Sequence record: PV390659.2 | Source: Escherichia phage vB_EcoM_P8 | Length of the DNA stretch: 64,000 bases | Reading direction: 5' to 3' (one strand) | Shown: positions 40,126 to 50,492 of the stretch, piece by piece | Layout: every line of letters begins with the position of its first letter | Numbering within the stretch: the first letter of the stretch is position 1 | Notes under the pieces: generated by a model | The model's input: the letters and a program-made list of their open reading frames with translations, nothing else | Told to the model about the DNA's origin: nothing | Database searches by the model: none | Translations under genes and position numbers: made by a program

Positions 40126-41441
40126 CATTTGATGATTTGACAGAAGGCCAGAAAAATGCCTTTAACATCGTTATGAGGGCTATTAAAGAAAAGAAACATC
40201 ATGTAACTATTAATGGACCTGCTGGTACCGGTAAGACTACTCTTACTAAGTTCATCATTGAAGCTTTAATATCTACAGGCGAAACTGGAATTATTTTAGC
40301 AGCTCCTACACATGCAGCTAAAAAGATTCTTTCAAAACTGTCAGGGAAAGAAGCGAGTACTATTCACAGTATTCTTAAAATTAACCCAGTAACATACGAA
40401 GAAAACGTTCTTTTTGAACAAAAAGAAATACCTGATTTAGCTAAATGCAGGGTATTAATCTGCGATGAAGTGTCAATGTATGATAGAAAGCTATTTAAAA
40501 TTTTGCTTTCAACTATCCCGCCGTGGTGTACTATAATTGGAATAGGCGATAATAAGCAAATTAGACCTGTTGACCCAGGAGAAAACACTGCTTATATCAG
40601 TCCATTCTTTACGCACAAAGATTTTTATCAATGTGAACTCACTGAAGTTAAACGCAGTAATGCTCCTATTATTGATGTAGCTACTGATGTTCGTAACGGT
40701 AAGTGGATTTATGATAAAATTATTGACGGACATGGAGTACGTGGATTTACCGGTGATACCGCTTTACGCGATTTTATGGTAAATTATTTTTCAATCGTAA
40801 AATCACTAGATGATTTGTTTGAAAATCGTGTAATGGCATTTACGAATAAATCTGTTGATAAGTTAAATAACATTATTCGCAAAAAGATTTTTGAAACTGA
40901 TAAAGATTTTATCGTTGGTGAAATTATTGTAATGCAGGAACCATTAATTAAAACATATAAAATTGATGGAAAGCCTGTGTCAGAAATTATTTTTAATAAC
41001 GGACAATTAGTTCGTATTATAGAAGCGGAGTATACATCGACGTTTGTTAAAGCTCGTGGTGTTTCTGGAGAATATCTAATTCGTCATTGGGATTTAACAG
41101 TAGAAACTTACGGCGATGATGAATATTATCGTGAAAAGATTAAAATAATTTCATCTGATGAAGAGCTGTATAAGTTTAACTTATTTTTAGGTAAAACGGC
41201 AGAAACTTATAAAAATTGGAATAAAGGTGGAAAAGCTCCGTGGAGTGATTTTTGGGATGCTAAATCGCAGTTTAGTAAAGTGAAAGCACTTCCTGCATCA
41301 ACATTCCATAAAGCTCAGGGCATGTCTGTAGACCGTGCTTTTATCTATACGCCTTGTATCCATTATACAGATGCTGAACTAGCTCAGCAGCTTCTTTATG
41401 TTGGTGTCACTCGTGGTCGTTATGATGTGTTTTACGTATGA
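40122..41441 (+). CDS. dda: Dda DNA helicase (SF1)
   Basis: 439 aa, Walker A GPAGTGKT. Confidence 0.9.
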   Translation: MTFDDLTEGQKNAFNIVMRAIKEKKHHVTINGPAGTGKTTLTKFIIEALISTGETGIILAAPTHAAKKILSKLSGKEASTIHSILKINPVTYEENVLFEQKEIPDLAKCRVLICDEVSMYDRKLFKILLSTIPPWCTIIGIGDNKQIRPVDPGENTAYISPFFTHKDFYQCELTEVKRSNAPIIDVATDVRNGKWIYDKIIDGHGVRGFTGDTALRDFMVNYFSIVKSLDDLFENRVMAFTNKSVDKLNNIIRKKIFETDKDFIVGEIIVMQEPLIKTYKIDGKPVSEIIFNNGQLVRIIEAEYTSTFVKARGVSGEYLIRHWDLTVETYGDDEYYREKIKIISSDEELYKFNLFLGKTAETYKNWNKGGKAPWSDFWDAKSQFSKVKALPASTFHKAQGMSVDRAFIYTPCIHYTDAELAQQLLYVGVTRGRYDVFYV

Positions 41442-41462
41442 TTAAATTCGAGGAAGCTATTC

Positions 41463-41708
41463 GTGGAAATAACTAAAGACCAGTTTTATCTACTTCAAGA
41501 TAAAGTGAGCGAAATTTATGAAATAGCTTATAGTAAAAATCGCAAAAACGTGAAAATTGAATCGGGAAAGTTAATGCTTCAATTGGAAGAAATTGAACGA
41601 GATTTGATTGCATTAGAATTCTTTTGCGGTGAAGTGAAAACTGTTACAATCAGTGATTATGTTTTAGGTGAAATTAGCCATCTTTATAAGGCGGTTATTA
41701 ATGATTGA
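41463..41708 (+). CDS. hypothetical protein, tandem paralog 1
   Basis: 81 aa, GTG start; C-terminus ISDYVLGEISHLYK resembles next ORF. Confidence 0.45.
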   Translation: MEITKDQFYLLQDKVSEIYEIAYSKNRKNVKIESGKLMLQLEEIERDLIALEFFCGEVKTVTISDYVLGEISHLYKAVIND

Positions 41709-41943
41709 ATTAAGTTTGCATCAGTTTAAATCTCTTATGGCAAATGTTAAAGCTGTCATTCAAGAAAATTCAGGACCTGATAATGTTACTATTCGCGAAA
41801 AAGCTTTAAAGATAGTATACAGTCTTGAAGAGATACAAAAAGATATTGAATCTATGGCAAAATTTATTGATGAGCCCATTAATAAAGTTTATATCCAAGA
41901 TTATACTGTAGGTCAAATTCGTGATTTAGCGAGGAAAATTTAA
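41701..41943 (+). CDS. hypothetical protein, tandem paralog 2
   Basis: ORF track 41668..41943; ATG 41701; C-terminus IQDYTVGQIRDLARK. Confidence 0.45.
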   Translation: MIELSLHQFKSLMANVKAVIQENSGPDNVTIREKALKIVYSLEEIQKDIESMAKFIDEPINKVYIQDYTVGQIRDLARKI

Positions 41944-42626
41944 TGTTTGATTTTATTATAGATTTTGAAACAATGGGAAGCGGTGAAAAGGCAGCTGTTA
42001 TTGATTTGGCTGTTATTGCCTTTGACCCTAATCCAGAAGTAGTTGAAACATTCGATGAATTAGTTTCACGCGGCATTAAAATCAAGTTTGATTTAAAAAG
42101 CCAAAAAGGACATCGTCTTTTTACTAAAAGCACTATCGAATGGTGGAAAAATCAGTCTCCTGAAGCTCGAAAAAATATTGCGCCATCAGATGAAGATGTA
42201 AGCACTATCGATGGTATTGTAAAATTTAATGATTACATCAATGCGCATAATATCGATCCTTGGAAATCTCAGGGTTGGTGCCGTGGAATGTCGTTTGATT
42301 TTCCAATTTTAGTCGATCTCATTCGCGATATTCAACGTCTTAACGGCGTTTCCGAGAATGAGCTTGACACGTTTAAGTTAGAACCATGTAAATTCTGGAA
42401 TCAGCGTGATATTCGTACCAGAATTGAAGCACTTCTTCTTGTTCGTGATATGACCACATGTCCTCTTCCAAAGGGAACTTTAGATGGATTCGTTGCACAT
42501 GATTCTATTCATGACTGTGCGAAAGACATCCTGATGATGAAGTATGCTTTGCGATATGCTATGGGTCTTGAAGATGCTCCGTCAGAGGAAGAGTGCGATC
42601 CTCTGTCTCTTCCAACAAAACGATAA
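41943..42626 (+). CDS. dexA: exonuclease A DexA (DEDDh 3'-5' exonuclease)
   Basis: 227 aa, matches remembered T4 DexA. Confidence 0.85.
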   Translation: MFDFIIDFETMGSGEKAAVIDLAVIAFDPNPEVVETFDELVSRGIKIKFDLKSQKGHRLFTKSTIEWWKNQSPEARKNIAPSDEDVSTIDGIVKFNDYINAHNIDPWKSQGWCRGMSFDFPILVDLIRDIQRLNGVSENELDTFKLEPCKFWNQRDIRTRIEALLLVRDMTTCPLPKGTLDGFVAHDSIHDCAKDILMMKYALRYAMGLEDAPSEEECDPLSLPTKR

Positions 42627-42632
42627 AAAGTT

Positions 42633-42662
42633 GTTTACTTCCTCGGTTAGTTGTGGTATTAT
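42633..42662 (+). promoter_or_regulatory. T4-type early promoter
   Basis: gtttac 42633-42638, tattat 42657-42662. Confidence 0.6.
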
Positions 42663-42689
42663 AACATCATAGCTACTGAGGATAATAAA

Positions 42690-43190
42690 ATGAAAATTTA
42701 TCGTGTTGAATCATCTTTTAGTATTCTTAATTATGAAGATGCTATAACAATACGTCGAAATCTTTGTGTTCAAATAACGCCGTACAGGAGTATAATAGAT
42801 TCATGGAGCGAAGAGTGGTTATTACACGTAGGTTATGATAGACCTAATTTTATGCATCATAGCGATAATAATAAAAGAATTCCTTTACCACACGAAGATA
42901 AACTATTAGTTAAAAACGCTAATATAGTAATTAATACTAAGTTCAAGAAAGATTATGTTGGAGTAGAATATCATATTCCAGGATGGTTTATAGCTCTTTA
43001 TCATTTTGCTTTCGCTAGTGAATATGATATGATGAGATGGTTCACACGAGAAGAACGTGAAGAATTATCTTCTAAAGGATTTTATCTTGCTGTATATGAA
43101 GTTCCTGAAGATGAAGTTATCATTGGCGGGCACCAAGTAATGTTCCGCAAATCGCATGCTGAACTCGTAGATTTTATTGAAATGAGATAA
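42690..43190 (+). CDS. hypothetical protein, possibly MotB by position
   Basis: ORF track 42651..43190; ATG 42690 after GAGGA. Confidence 0.4.
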   Translation: MKIYRVESSFSILNYEDAITIRRNLCVQITPYRSIIDSWSEEWLLHVGYDRPNFMHHSDNNKRIPLPHEDKLLVKNANIVINTKFKKDYVGVEYHIPGWFIALYHFAFASEYDMMRWFTREEREELSSKGFYLAVYEVPEDEVIIGGHQVMFRKSHAELVDFIEMR

Positions 43191-43192
43191 AT

Positions 43193-43735
43193 ATGAAATT
43201 TAATTATAATCCTGAATACACACCAAACCCGGTAGCTAAACTGATTGATTTTGATGTTGTAAGCACTTATGTATGCCCTGTTAAACCACTGGAAATTAAG
43301 GAACCTACTATGACTACCGCTATTGAAATCGGCAAAACCTACAAATTGGTTGAACCTGAAATTAAAACTAAGGCCTTGATTTCTGGTTATAAAACTCTGA
43401 CTGATGTTTTTGGCGAAGGCGAATTTATTGTTGAAGAATTTGCCAAAAGTGGCTGGTTTGCCAAATCTTACGTCATTCACGGTCGTCGTTTAGACAATAA
43501 CAAAATAGAGAAAATCCTGGTTTATGAAGCAGAGTTCATCCTGTTCCAAGAAGTTGAAGAACAAGACCCTACCGACCTTTTAACTCGTGCTGTAGCTATC
43601 AAGACCCCATTTATTTCGGTCTATGGTTGGGTAACAGACCAATGGATTGAAGATGGCGTTGAACTTCTGAATGTTGTGCATGCAGGCGATTTTAGTGTAG
43701 TACCTCGTAGTGCGGTGGTAGCTATTTTAAATTAA
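43193..43735 (+). CDS. hypothetical protein, paralog pair member 1
   Basis: 180 aa; C-terminal TDQWIEDGVELLN shared with next ORF. Confidence 0.5.
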   Translation: MKFNYNPEYTPNPVAKLIDFDVVSTYVCPVKPLEIKEPTMTTAIEIGKTYKLVEPEIKTKALISGYKTLTDVFGEGEFIVEEFAKSGWFAKSYVIHGRRLDNNKIEKILVYEAEFILFQEVEEQDPTDLLTRAVAIKTPFISVYGWVTDQWIEDGVELLNVVHAGDFSVVPRSAVVAILN

Positions 43736-43737
43736 TA

Positions 43738-43767
43738 GTTTACAAACTCTTGGGATCAGAGTATAAT
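43738..43767 (+). promoter_or_regulatory. T4-type early promoter
   Basis: gtttac 43738-43743, tataat 43762-43767. Confidence 0.55.
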
Positions 43768-43811
43768 GGTCCCGTGGAGTATAAAATCTTTTTAACAAGT
43801 GAGAGATAACT

Positions 43812-44309
43812 ATGATTATTAATATTGGTGAAATTGCTCGTGTATCTGATAAATCCCGTTCTAAAGCAGCAGGAAAATTGGTCGAAATTGTAAGCATTCA
43901 GCTTAAACATGGCGTTAAAGATGAAGATTCTGAAGTAAAAGTGCGTATCATTCCTAAAGATGGAAAGTCTAAACCTCAGTTTGGCTATGTTCGTGCGAAA
44001 TTTCTTGAGTCTGCTTTTTTGAAAGCTGTTCCTGCTAAAGGAATTGAAACGATTGATACTTCGCATGTAGGCGTAGACTTTAAGTGGAAACTCGGTCAAG
44101 CTATTAAGTTCGTCGCTCCTTATGAATTTGAATTTACCGAAGACGAAGAAGGGGTTGTTCAAAAACGTCGTACTCGCGCTATGTGTGCATACATTACCGA
44201 TCAATGGGTAGAAGATGGCGTTAAGTTGTACAACGCGGTATTTTTAGGAACATACAAAGCCATTCCTGAAAGTTGGATTAAACACTATAGCAAAGCCCGC
44301 TGTGCATAA
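43812..44309 (+). CDS. hypothetical protein, paralog pair member 2
   Basis: 165 aa; C-terminal TDQWVEDGVKLYN. Confidence 0.5.
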   Translation: MIINIGEIARVSDKSRSKAAGKLVEIVSIQLKHGVKDEDSEVKVRIIPKDGKSKPQFGYVRAKFLESAFLKAVPAKGIETIDTSHVGVDFKWKLGQAIKFVAPYEFEFTEDEEGVVQKRRTRAMCAYITDQWVEDGVKLYNAVFLGTYKAIPESWIKHYSKARCA

Positions 44310-44406
44310 AGTTTAAAATTTTTTCATAAAACTATATACATCAGTAGTTGATTATGGTACTATATCAATATCAACTACTGATACAGAAAATAACTTGGAG
44401 AATAAA

Positions 44407-44676
44407 ATGGAAAACTTAATTATCATCGAACAATCTTTCAACGATTATGGTATGGCTTATGGTTATCGTGCGATAATGGAAGATTCTCGTGGATGTGTTA
44501 TCGATATTGCTGAATGTAAAGATTTACTGCAGCTTTTGAAGATTGTTCGCAAAAATTGGGATTGTGAAAACATTAAAGTTCGTGTTGTAACGGAAGAAGA
44601 AACTGTTTTTCATGATGTAAAATTTGCCAAAGGTGCTGCTACTCTTCTGAAACGCATCACTCCAATGTTCAATTAA
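44407..44676 (+). CDS. hypothetical protein
   Basis: ORF track 44395..44676; ATG 44407. Confidence 0.45.
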   Translation: MENLIIIEQSFNDYGMAYGYRAIMEDSRGCVIDIAECKDLLQLLKIVRKNWDCENIKVRVVTEEETVFHDVKFAKGAATLLKRITPMFN

Positions 44677-44689
44677 CGAGGAAATTGTA

Positions 44690-44905
44690 ATGAAACGTAA
44701 AATTGTTCAGAACTGCACTAATGACGAATTTGAAGATGTGTTATTCGATCCAGATTTGGTAGTAGTTCAAAAGGAACACACTGCTAAGTTTACTCACTTG
44801 ACTTCGGTTTATGTGTATGAAAAGGTTGGGGATAAACAACCAATTTACGGTGTATTTCGTGAAATCACTGAAGACGGTACGACTTACTGGAAGGAAATTT
44901 ATTAA
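44690..44905 (+). CDS. hypothetical protein
   Basis: 71-aa ORF. Confidence 0.45.
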   Translation: MKRKIVQNCTNDEFEDVLFDPDLVVVQKEHTAKFTHLTSVYVYEKVGDKQPIYGVFREITEDGTTYWKEIY

Positions 44906-45330
44906 TGGCTATTAAATTTGAAGTTAATAAATGGTATCAATTTAAAAATAAACAAGCTCAAGAAAAATTTATTAAATATCATACTGAAAACGGAATTTAT
45001 GCACGACGTTTAGGTATGGAACCTTTTAAAGTTATAGATATTGACTATCTTGGTCGTCCTACTAAAATTGTGACATCTACTGGAATATTGGCATTATCCT
45101 CCGGTAAAGATATTTTGGATGAAGATTTTATTTGGCTTTCTACTAGCGAAGCTGAATTCTTTGATGAAGTTGAAAATCCATACCAGGCAGCTGAAGAGCA
45201 AGAGCAGGAAGAGAAAGAGCAAGAACAAATAGAAGATTTCACAGAATTTCCTGTCATGAAAGTTACTATTGAAAATAATGAACAGGCATGGTCCTTGTAT
45301 CAGATGTTGAAAGCACACTTTAAGGAATAA
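44905..45330 (+). CDS. hypothetical protein with acidic [11 protein letters not shown] tract
   Basis: 141-aa ORF. Confidence 0.5.
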   Translation: MAIKFEVNKWYQFKNKQAQEKFIKYHTENGIYARRLGMEPFKVIDIDYLGRPTKIVTSTGILALSSGKDILDEDFIWLSTSEAEFFDEVENPYQAAEEQEQEEKEQEQIEDFTEFPVMKVTIENNEQAWSLYQMLKAHFKE

Positions 45331-45332
45331 TT

Positions 45333-45509
45333 ATGCCAATGTATGATTATAAATGCCAATCCGAAGATTGCGGGCATGAATATGAAAAAATTAAAAAGAT
45401 TTCTGAACGAGAAAATGATGTTTGCCCTAAATGTCATCGTTTGTCTACTCGTCGGCCTTCTGCTCCTAAGCATGTGAATGGTGGATTTTACGACTTACTT
45501 AAAGGGTAA
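45333..45509 (+). CDS. small zinc-ribbon protein (58 aa)
   Basis: CxxC..17..CPKC motif. Confidence 0.4.
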   Translation: MPMYDYKCQSEDCGHEYEKIKKISERENDVCPKCHRLSTRRPSAPKHVNGGFYDLLKG

Positions 45510-45511
45510 TT

Positions 45512-45883
45512 ATGTTTAAAATCGGTAAGAAATATCGTGTTCGCGAAGGCAAAGAAAAGAAATATCTACTTTCTTCTATTTATAGGAATAGTTCTATTAA
45601 TACTGTAATATCTACAAGCGAATTTATCGTTGAAGATATGAAAGGTCATAATGTTACAATGATTAGTACAGCATCTGGAAATGATGGAAAAATTCTTCAT
45701 AGTTTTCAGAGTAATGTTCTAATTTATGATGAAGAATTTGACTTCTTCGAAGAAGTTACAGAAGATTTTGATTTTGAATGCACTATCACTATGAAATCTG
45801 GCGACCCTCTTTCTTTTACAGTTAAAGATGAAAGAAGTCGCTTGAGAATTATTAGTCTTCTTCAAGCCATTAAATTTGAGTGA
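45512..45883 (+). CDS. hypothetical protein
   Basis: 123-aa ORF. Confidence 0.5.
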   Translation: MFKIGKKYRVREGKEKKYLLSSIYRNSSINTVISTSEFIVEDMKGHNVTMISTASGNDGKILHSFQSNVLIYDEEFDFFEEVTEDFDFECTITMKSGDPLSFTVKDERSRLRIISLLQAIKFE

Positions 45884-45887
45884 AATT

Positions 45888-46148
45888 ATGAAATATGTTA
45901 ATCGTTCTATCGCGGCATTAGTATTAGCAGTATCTTTAGTAGGATGTACTGATGCTGATAATGCAACCAAAGTTTTGTCTTCAAGTGGGTTTACTAATAT
46001 TGAAATCACTGGATACAATTGGTTTGGTTGCTCTGAAAATGATTTCCAACACACTGGATTTCGTGCTATTGGACCTACTGGGCAGAAAGTAGAAGGAACC
46101 GTGTGTTCTGGTCTATTCTTCAAGGATTCGACTATCCGTTTTAAATAA
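45888..46148 (+). CDS. predicted lipoprotein (lipobox LVGC)
   Basis: ORF track 45876..46148; ATG 45888; MKYVNRSIAALVLAVSLVGC. Confidence 0.5.
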   Translation: MKYVNRSIAALVLAVSLVGCTDADNATKVLSSSGFTNIEITGYNWFGCSENDFQHTGFRAIGPTGQKVEGTVCSGLFFKDSTIRFK

Positions 46149-46165
46149 AAGGCCTTCGGGCCTTT
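46148..46165 (+). terminator. terminator hairpin AAAGGCC-UUCG-GGCCUUU
   Basis: perfect stem, UUCG loop. Confidence 0.65.
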
Positions 46166-46190
46166 AGCTTTATGATTACCGGAGTATAAT
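46166..46190 (+). promoter_or_regulatory. possible middle promoter for gene 39
   Basis: agcttta 46166-46172, 12 bp spacer, tataat 46185-46190. Confidence 0.4.
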
Positions 46191-46217
46191 ATTCCCAAAA
46201 CCAAACGAGGATAAGTG

Positions 46218-48035
46218 ATGATTAAGAATGAAATTAAAATTCTGAGCGATATTGAACATATCAAAAAGCGTAGCGGCATGTACATTGGTTCTTCTGCTAA
46301 TGAAATGCATGAGCGCTTTCTGTTTGGTAAATGGGAAAGTGTTCAGTATGTACCTGGTCTTGTTAAGCTTATTGATGAAATTATCGATAACTCGGTAGAT
46401 GAAGGTATTCGTACTAAGTTTAAATTCGCAAATAAAATTAATGTTACTATCAAAAACAATCAAGTAACAGTTGAAGATAACGGTCGTGGTATTCCACAGG
46501 CGATGGTTAAAACACCTACTGGTGAAGAAATTCCTGGTCCAGTTGCTGCATGGACTATTCCAAAAGCAGGTGGTAACTTTGGTGATGATAAAGAACGCGT
46601 CACTGGCGGTATGAACGGTGTTGGTTCTAGTTTAACTAACATTTTTTCTGTGATGTTTGTCGGTGAAACTGGCGACGGTCAAAATAATATTGTGGTTCGT
46701 TGTTCAAATGGCATGGAAAATAAATCATGGGAAACTATTCCTGGAAAATGGAAAGGAACTCGCGTTACTTTCATTCCTGATTTTATGTCATTTGAAACTA
46801 ATGAGCTATCTCAAGTTTATCTTGACATTACACTAGATCGTCTCCAGACACTTGCAGTAGTTTATCCTGATATTCAATTTACCTTTAATGGTAAAAAGGT
46901 TCAGGGTAATTTTAAGAAATATGCACGCCAATATGATGAACATGCTATCGTTCAAGAACAAGAAAACTGTTCTATTGCGGTTGGTCGTTCACCCGATGGT
47001 TTTCGTCAATTAACATACGTCAATAACATTCATACTAAGAATGGTGGCCATCACATTGACTGTGTTATGGATGATATTTGTGAAGACCTTATTCCACAAA
47101 TCAAACGTAAATTTAAAATTGACGTAACTAAAGCACGTGTTAAAGAATGTTTGACTATCGTTATGTTTGTTCGTGATATGAAAAACATGCGATTTGATTC
47201 TCAAACTAAAGAGCGTCTGACTTCTCCATTTGGTGAAATCCGTAGTCATATTCAGCTTGATGCTAAAAAGATTTCACGTGCTATTTTAAATAATGAAGCA
47301 ATTTTAATGCCAATCATTGAAGCTGCCTTGGCTCGTAAATTGGCGGCAGAAAAAGCAGCAGAAACTAAAGCAGCTAAAAAGGCTTCTAAAGCTAAGGTTC
47401 ATAAACATATTAAAGCGAATCTTTGTGGTAAAGATGCTGACACTACTCTTTTCTTGACTGAGGGTGATTCCGCTATCGGATATCTTATTGATGTTCGTGA
47501 TAAAGAACTTCATGGTGGTTATCCATTACGTGGTAAAGTTCTCAACAGTTGGGGTATGTCATATGCTGATATGCTTAAAAACAAAGAACTGTTTGATATT
47601 TGCGCAATCACTGGATTAGTTCTTGGTGAAAAAGCCGAAAACTTGAATTATCATAATATTGCTATTATGACTGACGCTGACCACGATGGTCTAGGAAGCA
47701 TTTATCCTTCTCTGCTCGGATTTTTCAGTAATTGGCCAGAACTGTTTGAACAAGGAAGAATTCGCTTTGTCAAAACTCCTGTAATCATCGCTCAGGTCGG
47801 TAAAAAACAAGAATGGTTTTATACAGTCGCTGAATATGAGAGTGCTAAAGATGCTCTACCTAAACATAGCATCCGTTATATTAAGGGACTTGGCTCTTTG
47901 GAAAAATCTGAATATCGTGAGATGATTCAAAACCCAGTATATGATGTTGTTAAACTTCCTGAGAACTGGAAAGAGCTTTTTGAAATGCTTATGGGAGATA
48001 ATGCTGATCTTCGTAAAGAATGGATGAGCCAGTAG
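46218..48035 (+). CDS. 39: topoisomerase II large subunit gp39 (GyrB-like ATPase), unsplit
   Basis: 605-aa continuous ORF; no separate gene 60 or bypass element downstream. Confidence 0.9.
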   Translation: MIKNEIKILSDIEHIKKRSGMYIGSSANEMHERFLFGKWESVQYVPGLVKLIDEIIDNSVDEGIRTKFKFANKINVTIKNNQVTVEDNGRGIPQAMVKTPTGEEIPGPVAAWTIPKAGGNFGDDKERVTGGMNGVGSSLTNIFSVMFVGETGDGQNNIVVRCSNGMENKSWETIPGKWKGTRVTFIPDFMSFETNELSQVYLDITLDRLQTLAVVYPDIQFTFNGKKVQGNFKKYARQYDEHAIVQEQENCSIAVGRSPDGFRQLTYVNNIHTKNGGHHIDCVMDDICEDLIPQIKRKFKIDVTKARVKECLTIVMFVRDMKNMRFDSQTKERLTSPFGEIRSHIQLDAKKISRAILNNEAILMPIIEAALARKLAAEKAAETKAAKKASKAKVHKHIKANLCGKDADTTLFLTEGDSAIGYLIDVRDKELHGGYPLRGKVLNSWGMSYADMLKNKELFDICAITGLVLGEKAENLNYHNIAIMTDADHDGLGSIYPSLLGFFSNWPELFEQGRIRFVKTPVIIAQVGKKQEWFYTVAEYESAKDALPKHSIRYIKGLGSLEKSEYREMIQNPVYDVVKLPENWKELFEMLMGDNADLRKEWMSQ

Positions 48036-48064
48036 TTTACTTTACCACAAGGATGTGGTATAAT
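48035..48064 (+). promoter_or_regulatory. T4-type early promoter
   Basis: gtttac 48035-48040, tataat 48059-48064; identical 30 bp to 2103-2132. Confidence 0.6.
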
Positions 48065-48089
48065 TAATTGGGCAAATGAGGACATTGAA

Positions 48090-48293
48090 ATGAAATCATA
48101 CAGAGTAAATTTAGAACTTTTTGATAAAGCAGTTCATCGAGAATATAGAATCATTCAACGCTTTTTCGATATGGGAGAAGCCGAAGAGTTTAAAAACCGC
48201 TTTAAGGATATTAGAGATAAAATTCAATCCGACACCGCAACTAAAGATGAACTACTAGAAGTTGCTGAAGTTATTAAACGCAATATGAATTAA
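48090..48293 (+). CDS. hypothetical protein
   Basis: 67-aa ORF upstream of rIIA. Confidence 0.5.
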   Translation: MKSYRVNLELFDKAVHREYRIIQRFFDMGEAEEFKNRFKDIRDKIQSDTATKDELLEVAEVIKRNMN

Positions 48294-48303
48294 TGAGGAA
48301 ATT

Positions 48304-50481
48304 ATGATTATCACCACTGAAAAAGAAACAATTCTTGGCAATGGTTCTAAATCAAAAGCATTTAGCATCACAGCATCTCCTAAAGTATTTAAAATTCTGT
48401 CATCTGATTTGTATACAAACAAGATTCGCGCAGTAGTCCGTGAATTGATTACCAACATGATTGATGCCCATGCTCTTAATGGAAATCCTGAAAAATTTAT
48501 CATTCAAGTTCCAGGACGATTAGATCCGCGATTTGTTTGCCGAGATTTTGGTCCAGGTATGAGCGATTTTGATATTCAGGGTGATGATAATTCTCCTGGG
48601 TTGTATAATTCATACTTTAGTTCATCTAAGGCTGAATCTAATGATTTCATTGGTGGATTTGGTTTAGGTTCTAAATCTCCGTTTAGTTATACTGATACAT
48701 TTAGTATTACTTCATATCATAAAGGTGAAATTCGTGGTTATGTAGCTTACATGGATGGTGACGGTCCGCAGATTAAACCTACATTCGTAAAAGAAATGGG
48801 TCCAGACGATAAAACTGGCATTGAAATCGTAGTTCCGGTTGAAGAAAAAGACTTTAGAAACTTTGCTTATGAAGTTTCTTATATCATGCGACCATTCAAA
48901 GATTTGGCTATTATTAATGGTCTTGACCGCGAAATTGATTATTTTCCGGATTTTGATGACTATTACGGTGTAAATCCAGAAAGATACTGGCCAGATCGTG
49001 GTGGATTGTACGCTATCTATGGTGGTATTGTTTATCCTATTGATGGTGTTATTAGAGACCGTAACTGGTTAAGCATTCGCAATGAAGTGAATTATATTAA
49101 GTTTCCAATGGGTTCACTTGATATTGCTCCATCGCGTGAGGCTCTTTCGCTGGATGATCGTACTCGTAAAAATATTATTGAGCGTGTTAAAGAGCTCAGT
49201 GAGCAGGCATTTAATGAAGATGTAAAACGATTTAAAGAATCTACATCTCCTCGTCATACATACCGTGAATTGATGAAGATGGGGTATTCTGCTCGAGATT
49301 ATATGATTAGTAATTCAGTCAAATTTACGACTAAAAATCTGTCATATAAAAAGATGCAGAGCATGTTTGAACCTGACAGTAAGTTATGCAATGCAGGGGT
49401 TGTGTATGAAGTAAATCTTGACCCTCGACTGAAACGCATTAAGCAAAGTCATGAAACTTCAGCCGTTGCATCAAGCTATCGTCTGTTTGGTATTAATACG
49501 ACAAAAATTAATATTGTTATTGATAATACTAAAAATCGTGTTAATATTGTCCGTGGATTAGCACGCGCGTTAGATGATAGTGAATTTAATAACGCATTAA
49601 ATATTCATCACAATGAGCGGCTTCTGTTTATTAATCCAGAAGTAGAATCGCAGATTGATTTGCTTCCTGATATTATGGCAATGTTTGAAAGTGATGAAGT
49701 TAACATTCATTATTTGTCAGAAATCGAAGCTTTAGTTAAAAGTTATATTCCAAAGGCAGTAAAAAGTACAGCTCCTCGTCCTAAAACTGCTACTGCATTT
49801 AAGTTTGAAATTAAAGACGGGCGCTGGGAAAAAGAGGAATTGTTTACACTTACGTCAGAAGCAGATGAAATTACTGGTTATGTAGCATACATGCATCGTT
49901 CTGATATTTTCTCTATGGATGGTACTACATCGCTTTGTCATCCATCTACGAATATTTTGATTCGTATGGCTAATCTTATTGGCATTAATGAATTTTATGT
50001 TATTCGTCCACTTTTACAGAAAAAGGTAAAAGAACTTGGTCAGTGTCAATGTATTTTTGAAACTTTGCGTGATTTATATGTAGATGCTTTTGATGATGTA
50101 GATTATGATAAGTATGTAGGTTATTCAAGTTCAGCTAAACGATATATTGATAAAATTATCAAGTATCCTGAGTTAGATTTTATGATGAAGTACTTCAGTG
50201 TAGATGAAGTTTCCGAAGAATATACACGACTCGCTAATATGGTTAGTTCATTACAGGGTGTATATTTCAACGGTGGAAAAGATACCATCGGTCATGACAT
50301 CTGGACGGTAACTAATCTTTTTGATGTATTATCAAATAATGCTTCAAAAAACAGTGATAAAATGGTTGCTGAGTTTACCAAGAAATTCCGTATTGTTTCC
50401 GACTTCATCGGTTATCGCAATTCTTTAAGTGATGATGAAGTTTCCCAAATCGCTAAAACTATGAAGGCCCTTGCGGCCTAA
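48304..50481 (+). CDS. rIIA: rIIA membrane-associated protein
   Basis: 725 aa, GHKL-like N-terminal motifs, position and length as T4 rIIA. Confidence 0.9.
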   Translation: MIITTEKETILGNGSKSKAFSITASPKVFKILSSDLYTNKIRAVVRELITNMIDAHALNGNPEKFIIQVPGRLDPRFVCRDFGPGMSDFDIQGDDNSPGLYNSYFSSSKAESNDFIGGFGLGSKSPFSYTDTFSITSYHKGEIRGYVAYMDGDGPQIKPTFVKEMGPDDKTGIEIVVPVEEKDFRNFAYEVSYIMRPFKDLAIINGLDREIDYFPDFDDYYGVNPERYWPDRGGLYAIYGGIVYPIDGVIRDRNWLSIRNEVNYIKFPMGSLDIAPSREALSLDDRTRKNIIERVKELSEQAFNEDVKRFKESTSPRHTYRELMKMGYSARDYMISNSVKFTTKNLSYKKMQSMFEPDSKLCNAGVVYEVNLDPRLKRIKQSHETSAVASSYRLFGINTTKINIVIDNTKNRVNIVRGLARALDDSEFNNALNIHHNERLLFINPEVESQIDLLPDIMAMFESDEVNIHYLSEIEALVKSYIPKAVKSTAPRPKTATAFKFEIKDGRWEKEELFTLTSEADEITGYVAYMHRSDIFSMDGTTSLCHPSTNILIRMANLIGINEFYVIRPLLQKKVKELGQCQCIFETLRDLYVDAFDDVDYDKYVGYSSSAKRYIDKIIKYPELDFMMKYFSVDEVSEEYTRLANMVSSLQGVYFNGGKDTIGHDIWTVTNLFDVLSNNASKNSDKMVAEFTKKFRIVSDFIGYRNSLSDDEVSQIAKTMKALAA

Positions 50482-50492
50482 TAAGGAAAATT

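Noticed and set aside
45719-46463. Minus-strand ORFs 45719..46285 (188 aa) and 46176..46463
   Set aside because: Span several + strand genes, a terminator and the gene 39 start, with no RBS; coding on both strands is unlikely
46218-48293. T4 gene 60 translational bypass element
   Set aside because: Searched for because T4 has it next to gene 39; here gene 39 is one continuous ORF and the downstream 67-aa ORF has no take-off/landing GGA pair
50467-50482. Possible hairpin at the rIIA stop (aggcccttgcggcct)
   Set aside because: Imperfect stem, no T tract and only 11 nt before the rIIB start; more likely coincidental
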